From NCBI GenBank assembly GCA_047601445.1, contig JASGJH010000001.1:1056001-1120000 (forward strand): a stretch of 64,000 nucleotides of DNA. The letters run 5' to 3'. Made by a program: the position numbers and the translations under genes. Shown piece by piece: positions 63,309 to 64,000 of this stretch. Numbering within the stretch: position 1 is the stretch's first letter; each line of letters opens with the position of its first letter. The notes below the pieces were generated by a model. That model was not told the origin of the DNA. It ran no database searches and saw nothing but the letters and a program-made list of their open reading frames with translations. This DNA comes from Myxococcales bacterium. Its GTDB lineage: Bacteria; Myxococcota_A; Polyangia; Polyangiales; DASUME01.

Positions 63309-63881
63309 CCGTTCCTCCTGACGTCCCTAAACACACTTGTGGCGACCAGGGATGCCGAACTGCCTCTCAAGACGGAAGCACCCTGTACAAGGTTTCCCGA
63401 AAAGAGGGGTCCAGGCGACTTTTGAGAGGAGAATTTGTGCGCCTTGGGGGGCGTCTTGCCCCTTGCCAACTGCTGGAAATGATGCTGAAGCGCGGTGGTC
63501 ATCCCAGTGCGCCTGAGTCCTGCTCACCTTTCGCCCCGGGCGCCTCGGTGTGTGGCGGAATACTCGGCTGCGAACCCAAAGCAGTCACGCACAGACCAGC
63601 CTGGGCCGCCACGTCGCCGCGTGGGAATTTGGTGCGCTGGCTCGCAGAGTGCGCGGTCCGTCCGCGCGGGGGTTACGGAATAGGAAAATCTCAGGAGAGC
63701 GGGAGCGCTGCGTGTGCGCAAACTCGCCCCGCTCGTCGTGGAACCCGGCGCGACATTTCGAATGAGCCTCGCGCTCGTCCGACGGCCGCGCGGTCGGGAC
63801 TGGCTCTTGCACGCACTACGGGGGTGGGCTGCCAGGGCAGCCACATCAACGTGCTCTCAGGGCACGACGGAGGGCAGCCGG

Positions 63882-64000
63882 GTGCGACGCCTCGATGTCG
63901 TCATCGTTGGGGCCGGCCCCAACGGCCTGACCGCGGGGATCGCGCTGCAACGAGCGGGACTCGAAACGCTCGTACTCGAACAAGCCGACCGTCCCGGGGG
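63882..64000 (+). CDS. FAD-dependent oxidoreductase, phytoene-desaturase-like N-terminus (partial, runs off the window)
   Basis: GTG after [44 protein letters not shown] is a GxGxxG Rossmann motif. Confidence 0.85.
   Translation, partial: MRRLDVVIVGAGPNGLTAGIALQRAGLETLVLEQADRPG

Overview
High-GC bacterial DNA, most consistent with Myxococcota (Polyangiales-like). The basis is gene content: a Hanks-type kinase, a long S41 protease, a myxobacterial-type outer-membrane barrel and a giant Cys-rich repeat lipoprotein. 0-28.6 kb is largely housekeeping/envelope: Ser/Thr kinase, tig-clpP-clpX, dCMP deaminase, RNase J, radA, gmk, yicC, DUF507, Crp/Fnr regulator, S41 protease, CCA-adding enzyme, PHP phosphatase, ComEA-like protein, YfgM-like plus BamB-like pair. 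28.6-64 kb is accessory: glycosyltransferase, carotenoid-cleavage oxygenase with a divergent TetR and two visible operator palindromes, an uncharacterised 7TM protein coupled to a small soluble partner, a ~2000-aa pseudokinase-ATPase-GAF-PAS-His kinase-receiver hybrid, amidohydrolase/PQQ-enzyme pair, NTF2-like plus PLP oxoamine-synthase pair, a 1511-aa Cys-rich lipoprotein, a PhyH dioxygenase, and an RND efflux operon with an extra-helix permease and an upstream xGPP-ending ORF. Four genes carry single-base frameshifts, and three share the same junction (TSAGATC appearing as TSAGAATC). That points to a systematic, possibly DNA-modification-linked, sequencing error rather than pseudogenes. I recognised no rRNA, tRNA, CRISPR array or mobile element. 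All family calls come from motif recognition by eye, not database searches.
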